A model generated the notes under the pieces. That model ran no database searches. It was given only the letters and a program-made list of their open reading frames with translations, and was not told where the DNA came from. A stretch of 50,569 bases of DNA. Source: Cyanobacteria bacterium J06626_4. Lineage in GTDB: Bacteria > Cyanobacteriota > Cyanobacteriia > Phormidesmidales > Phormidesmidaceae. Both the position numbers and the translations under genes were made by a program. Location of the stretch: assembly GCA_038523235.1 (NCBI GenBank), contig JBCBJQ010000037.1:1-50569 (forward strand), read 5' to 3'. Shown here one piece after another: positions 39,225 to 48,976 of this stretch. Position 1 is the stretch's first letter; every line of letters begins with the position of its first letter.

Positions 39225-39704
39225 GGGAATCGTGCTTTCACCCTAATGCCAGAAAATTCTGGGACGGCGGTTTTCCCAGTCGGCTAGGTCGACATCCCTT
39301 AGGGAATGTCTGGTGGTCGCCTGAGGGTTACGAGCGGCTCGCCTGAGAACAAGGCCGCTCATGCCCCATAGCCAAGGCTTTTGCCATCACCATCGCCATT
39401 GATGCGCCACCCCCGCGAGGAGTCCAAGCGACTGCAGGCTGACGCTACTGCCGTGGATTGGGATGTGCTACCCACAACCGTAAAATCCGATCTCGGAGCC
39501 CCCTCGGCGAGCCCCATAATCGGCCACCCATAGCGCCTAGAGGATTGATCTAGGTGTCGATCGCCCCCGCTCTCAATTGTGGATTTAGCGAACCAACTGC
39601 CTGCCCTGGAACCGCTCCTTGGCCGGTCTCGGAGCTGCTAGCGCTGGCCGCTCTTCAGGCTGGCCCCATCATTTGCCCAATCAAAATCAGCCGCGAAATT
39701 AGCT

Positions 39705-40088
39705 ATGAACCAAACCACGCTTTTTGTCTGTGCTCTCTGTCGTTTCTCCCCGACCGAAAAATCGCGGCAGGGGGTCTCTGGCGGCGAGCATCTAATTGCT
39801 CAGTTACGCACCCAACTCGCAGCCCGCAATCTATCCAGTGTCGTACAGCTTGAGCCCCTGCGCTGTATGGCCGGGTGCAGCCAGCCCTGCAACGTTTCGG
39901 TGGCGGCCCCTGGCAAGCTCACCTACATTCTCAGCGGGGTGGCTGCCGCTGAAGATGCCGCCACCGTGGCGGAGTTTTGCGCACAGTACAGCGATAGCCC
40001 CGATGGCCGGGTGCCCTACCGCGATCGCGCTGTCGCTATTCGTCAAGCCACGGCCTTTGTATTGCCGCCGCTCTCCGTCAAGGCTTAA
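39705..40088 (+). CDS. DUF1636 family Cys-rich metal-binding protein
   Basis: LFVCALC, CMAGCSQPC, GKLTY, DGRVPY; cobalamin context. Confidence 0.85.
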   Translation: MNQTTLFVCALCRFSPTEKSRQGVSGGEHLIAQLRTQLAARNLSSVVQLEPLRCMAGCSQPCNVSVAAPGKLTYILSGVAAAEDAATVAEFCAQYSDSPDGRVPYRDRAVAIRQATAFVLPPLSVKA

Positions 40089-40135
40089 TTTCTGCGTTTA
40101 ATTCATGATCCCTTCATTTTGGAGACTTTCTTACC

Positions 40136-41179
40136 GTGCATAAAATTCCGGTGACGGTGATTACGGGCTTTTTAGGGTCTGGCAAGACGACCCTCGTGCG
40201 CCATCTGCTGCAAAATCGTCAGGGCCGGCGGGTGGCTGTTTTAGTGAATGAATTTGGCGAAGTTGGCATTGACGGCGAGCTGCTGAAGTCTTGTCAGGTC
40301 TGCGATGACGAGGCAGCGGAGAGCGCTGCCGATACCAACATCGTCGAACTGGCTAACGGTTGCCTTTGCTGTACGGTGCAGGAGGAATTTTTGCCGACGA
40401 TGCAGGCTTTGCTCCAGCGCCGCGAAGACATTGACTGTATTGTGATCGAAACGTCAGGGTTAGCCTTGCCCAAACCGCTGGTGCAGGCCTTTCGCTGGCC
40501 CGAAATTCGCACGGGCGCGACGGTCGATGGCATCGTTACGGTGGTTGATGGCGAAGCGCTGGTGCAGGGACAGGTGGTCGGTGACCTAGCCGCACTGACC
40601 GCACAGCGCCTGGCCGACGATAGCCTAGAGCATGAAACCCCGATCGAAGAACTGTTTGAAGATCAGCTCGCCTGTGCTGACATGGTGCTGCTGACTAAAA
40701 TCGACGTGATTGATCGAGAGGAGCGCGATCGCGTGCAGCAGTGGTTAGCCCATCAGGCCCCGGCCGGCGTCAAGATATTGCCCTGTCATCAAGGAGCCGT
40801 CAATCCCGATGTGTTACTGGGATTTAACGCAGCGGTCGAAGACGATCTCGACAATCGCCATAGCCATCACGACCACGAAGCCGAGCATGAGCACGATGAC
40901 GACATCAACTCGGTCTGCTTAGAGCTGCCCCAAGAGTTTGCGCCAGAACTGTTAATCGCTCGCCTACAAGCACTGGTACAAGCGCAGACGATCTATCGCA
41001 TTAAGGGCTTTGTCGCAGTGCCGAACAAGGCGATGCGACTGGTGTTGCAAGGAGTGGGGCAGCGGTTCGACAAATTTTATGACCGCCCCTGGCGAGCAAC
41101 GGAATCGCGAGCCACTCGCCTGGTATTCATCGGTCATCGTCTGGAAGCCGAGACCTTGACCAAGGCCATTGCCGGGTAA
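40136..41179 (+). CDS. cobW: Cobalamin biosynthesis GTPase/metallochaperone CobW
   Basis: TGFLGSGKTT, NEFG, GCLCC, ETSGLALPKPL, His-rich HSHHDHEAEHEH. Confidence 0.95.
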   Translation: MHKIPVTVITGFLGSGKTTLVRHLLQNRQGRRVAVLVNEFGEVGIDGELLKSCQVCDDEAAESAADTNIVELANGCLCCTVQEEFLPTMQALLQRREDIDCIVIETSGLALPKPLVQAFRWPEIRTGATVDGIVTVVDGEALVQGQVVGDLAALTAQRLADDSLEHETPIEELFEDQLACADMVLLTKIDVIDREERDRVQQWLAHQAPAGVKILPCHQGAVNPDVLLGFNAAVEDDLDNRHSHHDHEAEHEHDDDINSVCLELPQEFAPELLIARLQALVQAQTIYRIKGFVAVPNKAMRLVLQGVGQRFDKFYDRPWRATESRATRLVFIGHRLEAETLTKAIAG

Positions 41180-41182
41180 GGG

Positions 41183-41214
41183 AGTTGGGGGGTGGCAGTG
41201 CCAACCCCCCAACT
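41183..41214. terminator. Stem-loop between convergent cobW and VOC genes
   Basis: AGTTGGGGGG-TGGCAGTGCCAA-CCCCCCAACT. Confidence 0.6.
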
Positions 41215-41256
41215 AAAAATGTTGCTGGTCTCAGCCGTAATTTGAGCACCGAGCCT

Positions 41257-42036
41257 TTACGGAGCCGTCATCTCAAAGAGGTACGAGGGAGCCCCGGTAG
41301 GGTCTTCAATCATGGCGAAGAATCCCGTCTCTGGAATGGCGGTTTTAGGCACCACAATTTTGCCGCCGAGTGCCTTAGCCTTATCAGCCCACTCGCCCAC
41401 TGACGGCACCGCAAAATAGGTCAGCCAGTGGGGCGGCATCTGAGGCACATCGGGGGGACGCTTGAGCAAACCGCCGACCTGCACACCGTTGCTTTCAAAA
41501 CTGATATATTCCGTGCCGTTCATCGCCATGGGGGCAGCAAACTGCCAACCCAACAGCTCCGAGTAGAACGGCAGCAGAGGGGCTGGATCGTCAACCATCA
41601 GCTCCATCCAACAGATTTCACCGAGGCCGTTGCCGATCATATTCATGGCCTCCTCGTCTTGGGCCGGTGTGAATAGGTGAAAGGTTGCTCCGGCGGGATC
41701 ACCGATGACCGCCGTGCGGCCGATCGAGGGAATGTCAAACGCCGGGACGCAGACGCTGCCCCCTAATTCCTTAGCGCGATCGCAGGCTTTATCCACATCC
41801 TCTACGACCACATAAGTCATCCAGTGACTAGGGCCAGGAAAATCCGCCTCTAATGGCACCGGATGGGCAAAACCGCCGCTGTCTGTTGCATAAAAGTCCG
41901 ATGGTCCATGCCCAGGGATGTCCATCTTATCTAGCTTCCAACCAAAGAGCTGCTGATAAAAGGCCGTGGCCTGCTCAACATCTTTGGTCATCAAACTCCA
42001 CCAGCAAAAACTGCCTATTTGATCCTTAAGAGCCAT
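41257..42036 (-). CDS. VOC/glyoxalase family protein (two-domain)
   Basis: Duplicated FY..LFGW / W..Y..V..V / GG.....IP..G....DP.GA units. Confidence 0.9.
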   Translation of the reverse strand: MALKDQIGSFCWWSLMTKDVEQATAFYQQLFGWKLDKMDIPGHGPSDFYATDSGGFAHPVPLEADFPGPSHWMTYVVVEDVDKACDRAKELGGSVCVPAFDIPSIGRTAVIGDPAGATFHLFTPAQDEEAMNMIGNGLGEICWMELMVDDPAPLLPFYSELLGWQFAAPMAMNGTEYISFESNGVQVGGLLKRPPDVPQMPPHWLTYFAVPSVGEWADKAKALGGKIVVPKTAIPETGFFAMIEDPTGAPSYLFEMTAP

Positions 42037-42306
42037 GAGGTTGCCCTCCAATAACGCCTTGTAGGACAATCGTACTATGCGAAAACAGCAGCGTCTAGAT
42101 CATTAAGGCTTCTTACCAATCCGCTATCGGCTTAGCGTCATCCGCAACGTAGCCACACCATTGGACACTGTTGGAACCCTTGCCTCTGGCGGCATTTATG
42201 TTGTCTGAGTAATCCTATTCTCCGAAAATCGGCCAATGCCTGTCCTCCCTTTACCGACTACCCTCTACTCCCCACCCCCAGAATTGATAACCAGTACAAG
42301 AACCTC

Positions 42307-42561
42307 TCAGCCGCCGCTGACGGGGGGGATCAACACCACTTCGTCACCTGATTGCAGTGGCGTATCGGCTGCCACAAACTGCAGGTTGACGCCAAAGCGG
42401 GTGACATCGCGCCAGCGCTCTAGTTCTGGATGTTCGGCCAAGAGGCGATCGCGCACGGTAGCGACCGTCGCGCCCTCGGGCAGTTGCAGGGTTAGCTCGG
42501 GCACGCCGTAGGCTTCTTGGTAGGCGGCGAAGAGTTTGACGGTGATGGCAAGGGGAGACAT
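42307..42561 (-). CDS. moaD: Molybdopterin synthase sulfur carrier (MoaD/ThiS)
   Basis: ITVKLFA...GDEVVLIPPVSGG with C-terminal GG. Confidence 0.9.
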   Translation of the reverse strand: MSPLAITVKLFAAYQEAYGVPELTLQLPEGATVATVRDRLLAEHPELERWRDVTRFGVNLQFVAADTPLQSGDEVVLIPPVSGG

Positions 42562-42660
42562 GGGGGAAGGAGTGGAGGGTGGAGGGTAGGGAGTAGAGAG
42601 CTGGAGGGGCAGGGGAGCGGGGGGCAAGAAAATGGAGATGGAGGGTAGGGAATAGAGAGT
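42562..42660 (+). repeat. G-rich heptamer repeats (GGAGGGT/AGGGAGT)
   Basis: tggagggtggagggtagggagtagagag...gagggtagggaatagagagt; reverse complement of the C-rich repeats at 42258-42279 and 47136-47244. Confidence 0.75.
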
Positions 42661-42730
42661 ACCCTGCGGCAAGGGTAAAGCCCTAGGGAATGCAAAGTTG
42701 GGTGGAGGGCGATCGCCGCTCGTGGCAGCG

Positions 42731-43873
42731 CTAACTCAGCACGGGACGAAAGTAAAATGCTAGGCCCAAAATGGCGTAGGTCGCGAGGAGCAAGGTGCCT
42801 TCGAGCCAATTAGAACGACCGTCGGAGCTAATCGAATTGGTGATGAGCACGGCGACGGCCACGGCCACGAGTTCCAGCTCGTCAAAGTTGAGATCCATCG
42901 GTTTGTCGAGCAGCCAACCGGCCAGCACCAAAATCGGCGCGACGAACAGGGCGATTTGCAGGCTTGAGCCCACCGCCACCGAAACGGAAAGCTCCATTTT
43001 GTTTTTCATCGCGACGGTGACGGCGGTGGCATGTTCGGCAGCGTTGCCAATGATGGGCAGCAAAATCACCCCGGTAAAGAGCGGTGACAGTCCCAGTTGT
43101 TCAGTAGCGGGCTCCAGAGCATTCACCAGCAGTTCTGACTCGGCGGCGACGATCAGGGTCGCGCCCACTAGCACCGCGACCCACAGCTTGAGGTTAGGCG
43201 GGTGCGCGGCTTCGACCGATTCCACCGCTGGTGGACCGTCGTTCGGGGTAGCGGCGATCGCGATCGCCGCATCGCTGTCGGCAAAATCAGCGGTGCCAGC
43301 GTCGTAGAGGTAGGTGTGAGTTTTCATCGAAAACAGCAACGTCAGACCGTAAACGCCGATCAGCACGATCGCCACGGCATCGGACAGATGTTGTAAGGTG
43401 CCTGCCGCCACCCTCGTGTCAGGAGCAAAGCCAACGGCGGTTGGTAGCAAAATGGCCACAACGGCCAGATTCATCGCTGAAGCATTAACCCGAGCCATCA
43501 CGGGCTGAAAGTTTTGCTCTTTATATTTGATGCCGCCCAGCAGCATCGAGAACCCCAACACCAGCAGCAGATTGCTGATAATCGACCCGACAATGCTCGA
43601 TTTCACTACGTTCACCAGGCCTTCATTGAGGGCGATGAGGGCAATAATCAATTCAGTGGCGTTGCCAAAGGTGGCGTTTAGCAAGCCACCCCAAGATGGC
43701 CCTAATACGACTGCAATCTCCTCCGTGGCTTGCCCCATCCACCCGGCGAGGGGAATGATGGCCAAGCCAGCGGTGATAAAGACGACCAGTTCGCCCCAGC
43801 CCAAATATTCAGCGGCGATCGAAATCGGGACGAATATCAGCAGCCCGTAAAAGATAAGGTTCTTGATCAACAT
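42731..43873 (-). CDS. cax: Calcium/proton exchanger (CAX family)
   Basis: Alpha repeats ATFGNATE and IIGNAAEH; GSSLQIA; SNWLEG. Confidence 0.93.
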   Translation of the reverse strand: MLIKNLIFYGLLIFVPISIAAEYLGWGELVVFITAGLAIIPLAGWMGQATEEIAVVLGPSWGGLLNATFGNATELIIALIALNEGLVNVVKSSIVGSIISNLLLVLGFSMLLGGIKYKEQNFQPVMARVNASAMNLAVVAILLPTAVGFAPDTRVAAGTLQHLSDAVAIVLIGVYGLTLLFSMKTHTYLYDAGTADFADSDAAIAIAATPNDGPPAVESVEAAHPPNLKLWVAVLVGATLIVAAESELLVNALEPATEQLGLSPLFTGVILLPIIGNAAEHATAVTVAMKNKMELSVSVAVGSSLQIALFVAPILVLAGWLLDKPMDLNFDELELVAVAVAVLITNSISSDGRSNWLEGTLLLATYAILGLAFYFRPVLS

Positions 43874-44073
43874 AAAGTGACGTACAAAAGAAGATGTCAG
43901 AATAGCGCCACGCAATCGCTGCTAATCTGTCCAATGCGGACCAGCCTGCGAGCTTGACCGTCGCGATGGCAGCGGGGGGCTTTTTACGCCGTATCACCAG
44001 CGGACTGGCCAGCCTGATCACCGACTGACTGCTCCTCATTGTGAGTGGCCAAGTCATTCCACGCAAGGACATT

Positions 44074-45096
44074 GTGACCACATTCTCCAAGCCTCTAACA
44101 ATTGCCATGACTGGATTTTTAGTGGTGCTCGGCGGCACCCTGCTCGCCGTTGGCGGGTTCTTTTTATGGGCCAGTTCGGGACGGCTTGCGGAGTCAGAGC
44201 TCGCCCAGCTCAAAACCACTGAGGGCATGACGACGCAGGCCGCAGCCGATGAGTTTACGGTGGTGGCCTACAACATCGGTTATTTGTCGGGGTTGACCAA
44301 CAACCAAGCCGTGACCCGCGACGAGTCGCTGTATCGTCAAAATCTAGAAACCGCGATCGCGGCGCTGCAGACCGTTAACCCTGACATTTTGGCCCTACAG
44401 GAAATTGATTTGGATGCGCAGCGCTCGTTTCGCGTCAATCAGGTAGAGGCATTAGCGAATGCTCTGGCCTATCCCCATCAGGCGATCGCCGTTAATTGGG
44501 ATAAGCGGTATGTGCCCTTTCCCTACTGGCCGCCGACCGCCCATTTTGGTGAAATTTTGTCGGGACAGGCGATTTTGAGTCAATTTTCCCTGACAACTCA
44601 CGAGCGGCTGGTGCTTGATCGCGTGCCGGGCAATCCGTTTTATTACAACGCGCTGTATTTGGATCGTCTGGCTCAGGTGGCGACTGTGCAAATCGGTGAG
44701 CGATCGCTGGTGATCATCAACCTGCACCTCGAAGCCTTTGACGCCCCCACACGCCAACGCCAAACGGAGTTTGTGCTGCAGCTCGCCGAAACCTATGGGC
44801 AACAGCAGCCGGTTTTGCTGCTGGGGGACTTTAACAGCGCGGTGAATCGACCGGCAGAAGGCGAGCCGCGATCGATCGCGACGGTGCTAGACTCGCTAAC
44901 CCTCGCCACAGCAGTGCCGCCCGAGCAGCTGACGCAGCCCGAGCAGCTCACTTTTCCCTCTGACAAGCCGCAACACAAGCTGGACTACGTTTTTTACACT
45001 CCCGATAGTTTAGAAGTGCTGGATGTGCAGGTGCTCACTGCCGCCGCCCAGGCCTCTGACCATCTGCCGGTCGTTGTGCGGCTGCGGTTCCGATGA
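44074..45096 (+). CDS. Endonuclease/exonuclease/phosphatase (EEP) family protein, N-terminally membrane-anchored
   Basis: YNI, LQE, HL, GDFN, LDY and SDH motifs; AAGGA before GTG 44074. Confidence 0.9.
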   Translation: MTTFSKPLTIAMTGFLVVLGGTLLAVGGFFLWASSGRLAESELAQLKTTEGMTTQAAADEFTVVAYNIGYLSGLTNNQAVTRDESLYRQNLETAIAALQTVNPDILALQEIDLDAQRSFRVNQVEALANALAYPHQAIAVNWDKRYVPFPYWPPTAHFGEILSGQAILSQFSLTTHERLVLDRVPGNPFYYNALYLDRLAQVATVQIGERSLVIINLHLEAFDAPTRQRQTEFVLQLAETYGQQQPVLLLGDFNSAVNRPAEGEPRSIATVLDSLTLATAVPPEQLTQPEQLTFPSDKPQHKLDYVFYTPDSLEVLDVQVLTAAAQASDHLPVVVRLRFR

Positions 45097-46946
45097 GCCA
45101 TTGTTTAAATCCTGACTGCGTCCAGCCCCAAAATCCCAGCGACCATCGCTTTTGTCAGCGCTGTGGCTGGCCGCTACGCCTAGGCGATCGCTGGGAAGCG
45201 GTCTCGCCGCTCAAGGGCGGGCAAAACAGCCGCACGTTTATGGGCCGCGATCGCACCACGCTGGTGCAGCCGCAATGTTTGATCAAACAGTTCACGCCCT
45301 ATGGTGAAACGCGACTAGAACAAGCTACTGCTGCTGAACGCTGGCGGCGCGATGTGGGGCATTTAGCCACTGCCAGCCAGCATCCCCAAATTCCCGATTT
45401 GATGGCTTATTTTGAGCGCGATCGCCACCAGTTTCTCGTGCAGCAATTTCTGACCGGGCCGCATCTAGAGCAGATCCTGCAGGAAAAATTGGGGTCGTTT
45501 GACAGCGATGAAGTCTGGACCTTTTTGCGGGATGTGCTGCCCATCCTGCACCACCTACACCAAAACCGCATCATTCACCGCGACATCAAACCCACTAACT
45601 TTCGCCGACCGCTCGGTCAGCCTCACTGGTGGCTAGTCGATTTGGGAGCGATCAAACCGTTAACCGCCACCCGCCTAGCACAGCCCGGCACCGTGGTCGG
45701 CAGTGCGGACTATGCGGCACCTGAACAATTGCGCGATGAGGCCACCGTGGCGAGCGATCTCTATAGCTTAGGGGTGGTGTGTCTGCATTTGCTGACGGGG
45801 CTGCAACCCTTCGACCTGTTTAACAGCGGCCAGGGAGGCTGGCATTGGCGCAGCATCGTGCCTAATGTGTCGCCGAGTCTGGCGGCAATCCTCGACTCAA
45901 TGGTGCAACCGACCCTGCGCGATCGCCTGGCGGATGTGGCCACGGCCATGGTGCAGGTTGGTTTGGAGACTCCCGTGATGGCGTCGCCTTTAATCGCCCA
46001 GCCCCTTGTCCACGAGTGGCGAGCTGCCCAAACGGTAGATCTGGCCATGCCAATATTGGCGGCGGTGTCGCTACCCCAATCCGATCACCTCTTGCTATTA
46101 ACGGCAGCGGGGACGGTGGTCGGGCGATCGCTGAGTACCCTTGCGGAGTCCTTTCCGGCGCTGTCGTTACCATCGCCTCAGGCGACGGCCATCGCGGCAC
46201 ATCCCCACGATGGTGCCTTTATCATCGGCACGGCACGGGGGCAGTTAGCGCGGTGGCACTGGCAGGCCGAGAGTTGGCAGGAACAATCGGTGGGGGCGAT
46301 CGCCCACGGCATTACCCAGCTGATGTTTGTCGCCGAGGGGCAGCAGTTGCTAATTGCCGATGACCAAGGTCACCTTTACCGATGGGATGGCCAGACCCAT
46401 CAAATCGTCGCCACCTGGCCGGCCCATACCAGCAAAATCACCAGCCTCGCCTTGAACCAGGGCGGCACCGTGCTCGCTAGTGGCGACGACCAGGGACAAG
46501 TCACCCTGTGGCAGTGGCCCACAATGAGGCTGCTGCGAAAACTTAGCCGTCAGCCAGGGGCCATCACCGCCTTGGCCTGGCAGGCCGACGATCAAACGCT
46601 GATCACCGCTGGCTGGGATGTCACGGTGCGCTGGCGCTGCCCTCAAACGGGCCGCGAGTCTCAGGTCGCCCAAGCCCAGGGATTCTATTTGCCAGTGCGA
46701 TCACTATGGTCTCACCCGATCCGACCCGACCTCGTCACCGGTAGTCAAGATGGCCATTTGCAGTATTGGCAAGGCAGTGACGATCCCGCGTCGCCGTTAG
46801 CGAATGTGAGCGCGGCTGCGATCGTCGCTGCGCCTGCGATCGCCCTGTGCCCTCAAACCAGGAATCCACCTTCTGGCTTCAGCCTGATCAGCGTCACGGC
46901 CTCTGGCCAGATTGCGCAATGGTTTTCACCCAACGGCGAGTCATGA
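45093..46946 (+). CDS. Ser/Thr protein kinase with N-terminal Cys4 motif and WD40 repeats
   Basis: CLNPDC...FCQRCG, IKQF, HRDIKPTN, DLG, APE, SDLYSLG; WD40 units such as AHTSKITSLAL..SGDDQGQVTLW. Confidence 0.9.
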   Translation: MSHCLNPDCVQPQNPSDHRFCQRCGWPLRLGDRWEAVSPLKGGQNSRTFMGRDRTTLVQPQCLIKQFTPYGETRLEQATAAERWRRDVGHLATASQHPQIPDLMAYFERDRHQFLVQQFLTGPHLEQILQEKLGSFDSDEVWTFLRDVLPILHHLHQNRIIHRDIKPTNFRRPLGQPHWWLVDLGAIKPLTATRLAQPGTVVGSADYAAPEQLRDEATVASDLYSLGVVCLHLLTGLQPFDLFNSGQGGWHWRSIVPNVSPSLAAILDSMVQPTLRDRLADVATAMVQVGLETPVMASPLIAQPLVHEWRAAQTVDLAMPILAAVSLPQSDHLLLLTAAGTVVGRSLSTLAESFPALSLPSPQATAIAAHPHDGAFIIGTARGQLARWHWQAESWQEQSVGAIAHGITQLMFVAEGQQLLIADDQGHLYRWDGQTHQIVATWPAHTSKITSLALNQGGTVLASGDDQGQVTLWQWPTMRLLRKLSRQPGAITALAWQADDQTLITAGWDVTVRWRCPQTGRESQVAQAQGFYLPVRSLWSHPIRPDLVTGSQDGHLQYWQGSDDPASPLANVSAAAIVAAPAIALCPQTRNPPSGFSLISVTASGQIAQWFSPNGES

Positions 46947-47029
46947 ATGCAGGAGAGGGTGGGGAGTAGAGGGTAGAGGGAATACGGGTGTTGCCGTGTT
47001 TTCGGAACCCCCAGTCGTTAAAACAGCGC

Positions 47030-47244
47030 TCCCACTCCCACACTCCAAATTCCGTAGAGCGCTGCCCTTCCTGCCGGAGACTCTCCACTCCAAATTCTTT
47101 GTTCCGAATTCCTCACTCCGAATTCCAAACTCTTAACCCTCTACTCCCTACCCTCCACTCTCCACGCAGACTTCCCACTCTCTACCCTCTACTCCCTACC
47201 CTCCACTCTCCACGCAGACTTCCCACTCTCTACCCTCTACTCCC
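47030..47244 (+). repeat. Heptamer-repeat tract including a 48-bp unit in about 2.3 tandem copies
   Basis: Unit ACCCTCTACTCCCTACCCTCCACTCTCCACGCAGACTTCCCACTCTCT at 47136-47183 and 47184-47231, partial to 47244. Confidence 0.9.
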
Positions 47245-47470
47245 GACTCCTGGCCAACATCAATCAGCAGTATCATCCGACTTTCAACCCTAAGAAGATT
47301 TTCTGCGTAGGTAAGAATTGTGTCATGATAAACCCTGAAAAGACGGACACAGCAGCGTTCGCGAATTATCGCCACAGCGCCGTCCAGTCAAGGGGCTAGG
47401 TGGCTCGATCGCAATAACTAGAGACGTTAAGCGATCGACCCGAGCGGATACATCACAGGTAGGCAGCAAG

Positions 47471-48313
47471 ATGGCAAATGAGGAGCAGCTGGCGAAACTC
47501 CGCGCAGGCATTGATAGCTGGAATCAGTGGCGTCAAGAAGTCGAGACGGCAGCGATCGACTTGAGCCGCGCCAACCTGAGCAACGCTGTGCTCAACGGGG
47601 CCAATCTGAACGGGGCCGACCTTTCTCGCGTCAACTTTATTGGGGCTTCGCTCTCGGGGGCTGATTTATCTCAGGCTAATCTCTCTCGGGCTGATTTAAG
47701 TGGAGCCGACGTCAACAAGGCAAATTTAACCGGAGCCACCCTCACCGGAGCCAATTTACTGGGGGCTGACCTAGCGGAAACGATTCTCAGCCAGGCGATG
47801 ATGTCAGGCGTCAATCTCAATCGCTCTGACCTCTCCAATGTCAACTTAAGTGAATGCAATCTCAGTCAGGCCAGCTTAATTGGCGTCGAGATGAGCCGGG
47901 CTGACCTCACGGCAGCCAACCTCAGCGATGCCAACCTTAAGCGAGCGGAGCTGCAGCGCACGAAGCTCATCAAGGCAGATTTATCCGGGGCTAATTTGGC
48001 CGACGCACGTCTATTAAACGCAGACTTAAATGAAGCGCAACTCAAAGAGGCGAATTTGAAGGGCGCTCGTCTCAACCGGGCCAACCTGGCCAAGGCCAAC
48101 TTTCATGCGGCTAATTTGGCGGACGCCAACCTGTTGGGCGCTAATCTGATCGCAGCCACGCTGACCGCCGCGAACTTACTCAACGTCAACTTGAGTGGCG
48201 CTGACCTGACCTTGGCCACGCTGCAGGATGCAGACCTAGAGGGCGCTGTGTTAGAAGGGGCAACCCTCAACCAAACGGTGATGCCCGATGGCGCTGTACG
48301 CACTGAAGCATGA
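47471..48313 (+). CDS. Pentapeptide repeat protein
   Basis: Continuous A(D/N)LxX repeats; WNQWR N-cap; MPDG C-cap. Confidence 0.97.
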   Translation: MANEEQLAKLRAGIDSWNQWRQEVETAAIDLSRANLSNAVLNGANLNGADLSRVNFIGASLSGADLSQANLSRADLSGADVNKANLTGATLTGANLLGADLAETILSQAMMSGVNLNRSDLSNVNLSECNLSQASLIGVEMSRADLTAANLSDANLKRAELQRTKLIKADLSGANLADARLLNADLNEAQLKEANLKGARLNRANLAKANFHAANLADANLLGANLIAATLTAANLLNVNLSGADLTLATLQDADLEGAVLEGATLNQTVMPDGAVRTEA

Positions 48314-48966
48314 TTGGCTTAGCAATTCACACCAGCAGTCCTGAACTGGGGTTGGCACTGGTTGAGTTAGCACCAGAGGACACTACTGGCGCGATGAAAT
48401 CGCAGGTCTGGCCACTGGGTCGCGACTTGACGGCCTACCTGCACACCTGCCTGCAGACGTTTATGGCTCCCTATGCCTGGTCTGATCTAGCTTACGTCGC
48501 TGTGGCAAAAGGCCCTGGCGGTTTCACCGGCACGCGCATTGGCGTCGTCGTAGCGCGAACTTTAGCCCAGCAGTTGGCGATCCCTCTATTCGGGGTCTCC
48601 AGCCTAGACGCGATCGCCCAACATCATTTTTCCACCCTGGTTCCAGAGGCCGCTCCTCCCAGTGCTGAACCCCCCCCCTATACCGCTGTGGCCCTGCGCG
48701 CGCAGCGGGGTGAAATGTTTGGCGCAGTGTATCAATGTCAAGAGTCGAAGCTGCAAGTAGTGCAGCCCGAAGCCCTGTATGCCCAAACTGAGTGGGACTC
48801 CAAATTGGCGACCTGGCCCACGCGGCATCACTTGATTCAGGCCGAAGGGGGACAAGCCGTCGCCGTCACAGGCGTTTTATCGCTGGCCCAGGCTCGGTGG
48901 CTAGGAGGCGATCGCCCCGATTGGCAAACGGTATTGCCCTTCTACGGTCAACATCCGGTGCGATGA
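48310..48966 (+). CDS. tsaB: tRNA threonylcarbamoyladenosine biosynthesis protein TsaB
   Basis: LAIHTS, GPGGFTGTRIG, GVSSL, AQRGE, LPFY. Confidence 0.92.
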   Translation: MIGLAIHTSSPELGLALVELAPEDTTGAMKSQVWPLGRDLTAYLHTCLQTFMAPYAWSDLAYVAVAKGPGGFTGTRIGVVVARTLAQQLAIPLFGVSSLDAIAQHHFSTLVPEAAPPSAEPPPYTAVALRAQRGEMFGAVYQCQESKLQVVQPEALYAQTEWDSKLATWPTRHHLIQAEGGQAVAVTGVLSLAQARWLGGDRPDWQTVLPFYGQHPVR

Positions 48967-48976
48967 TGAGCGTGCA

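Noticed and set aside
42562..42672. Pro-rich N-terminal extension of MoaD
   Set aside because: Translation of the C-rich repeat tract; the MoaD fold begins at ATG 42561
47136..47244. 48-bp repeat as a CRISPR array or coding repeat (ORF 46988-47293)
   Set aside because: Identical tandem units without unique spacers; the ORF is a low-complexity translation of heptamer repeats
832..48966. t6A pathway clustering (Sua5-like gene and tsaB)
   Set aside because: The genes are 47 kb apart, and the Sua5-like protein lacks TsaC motifs
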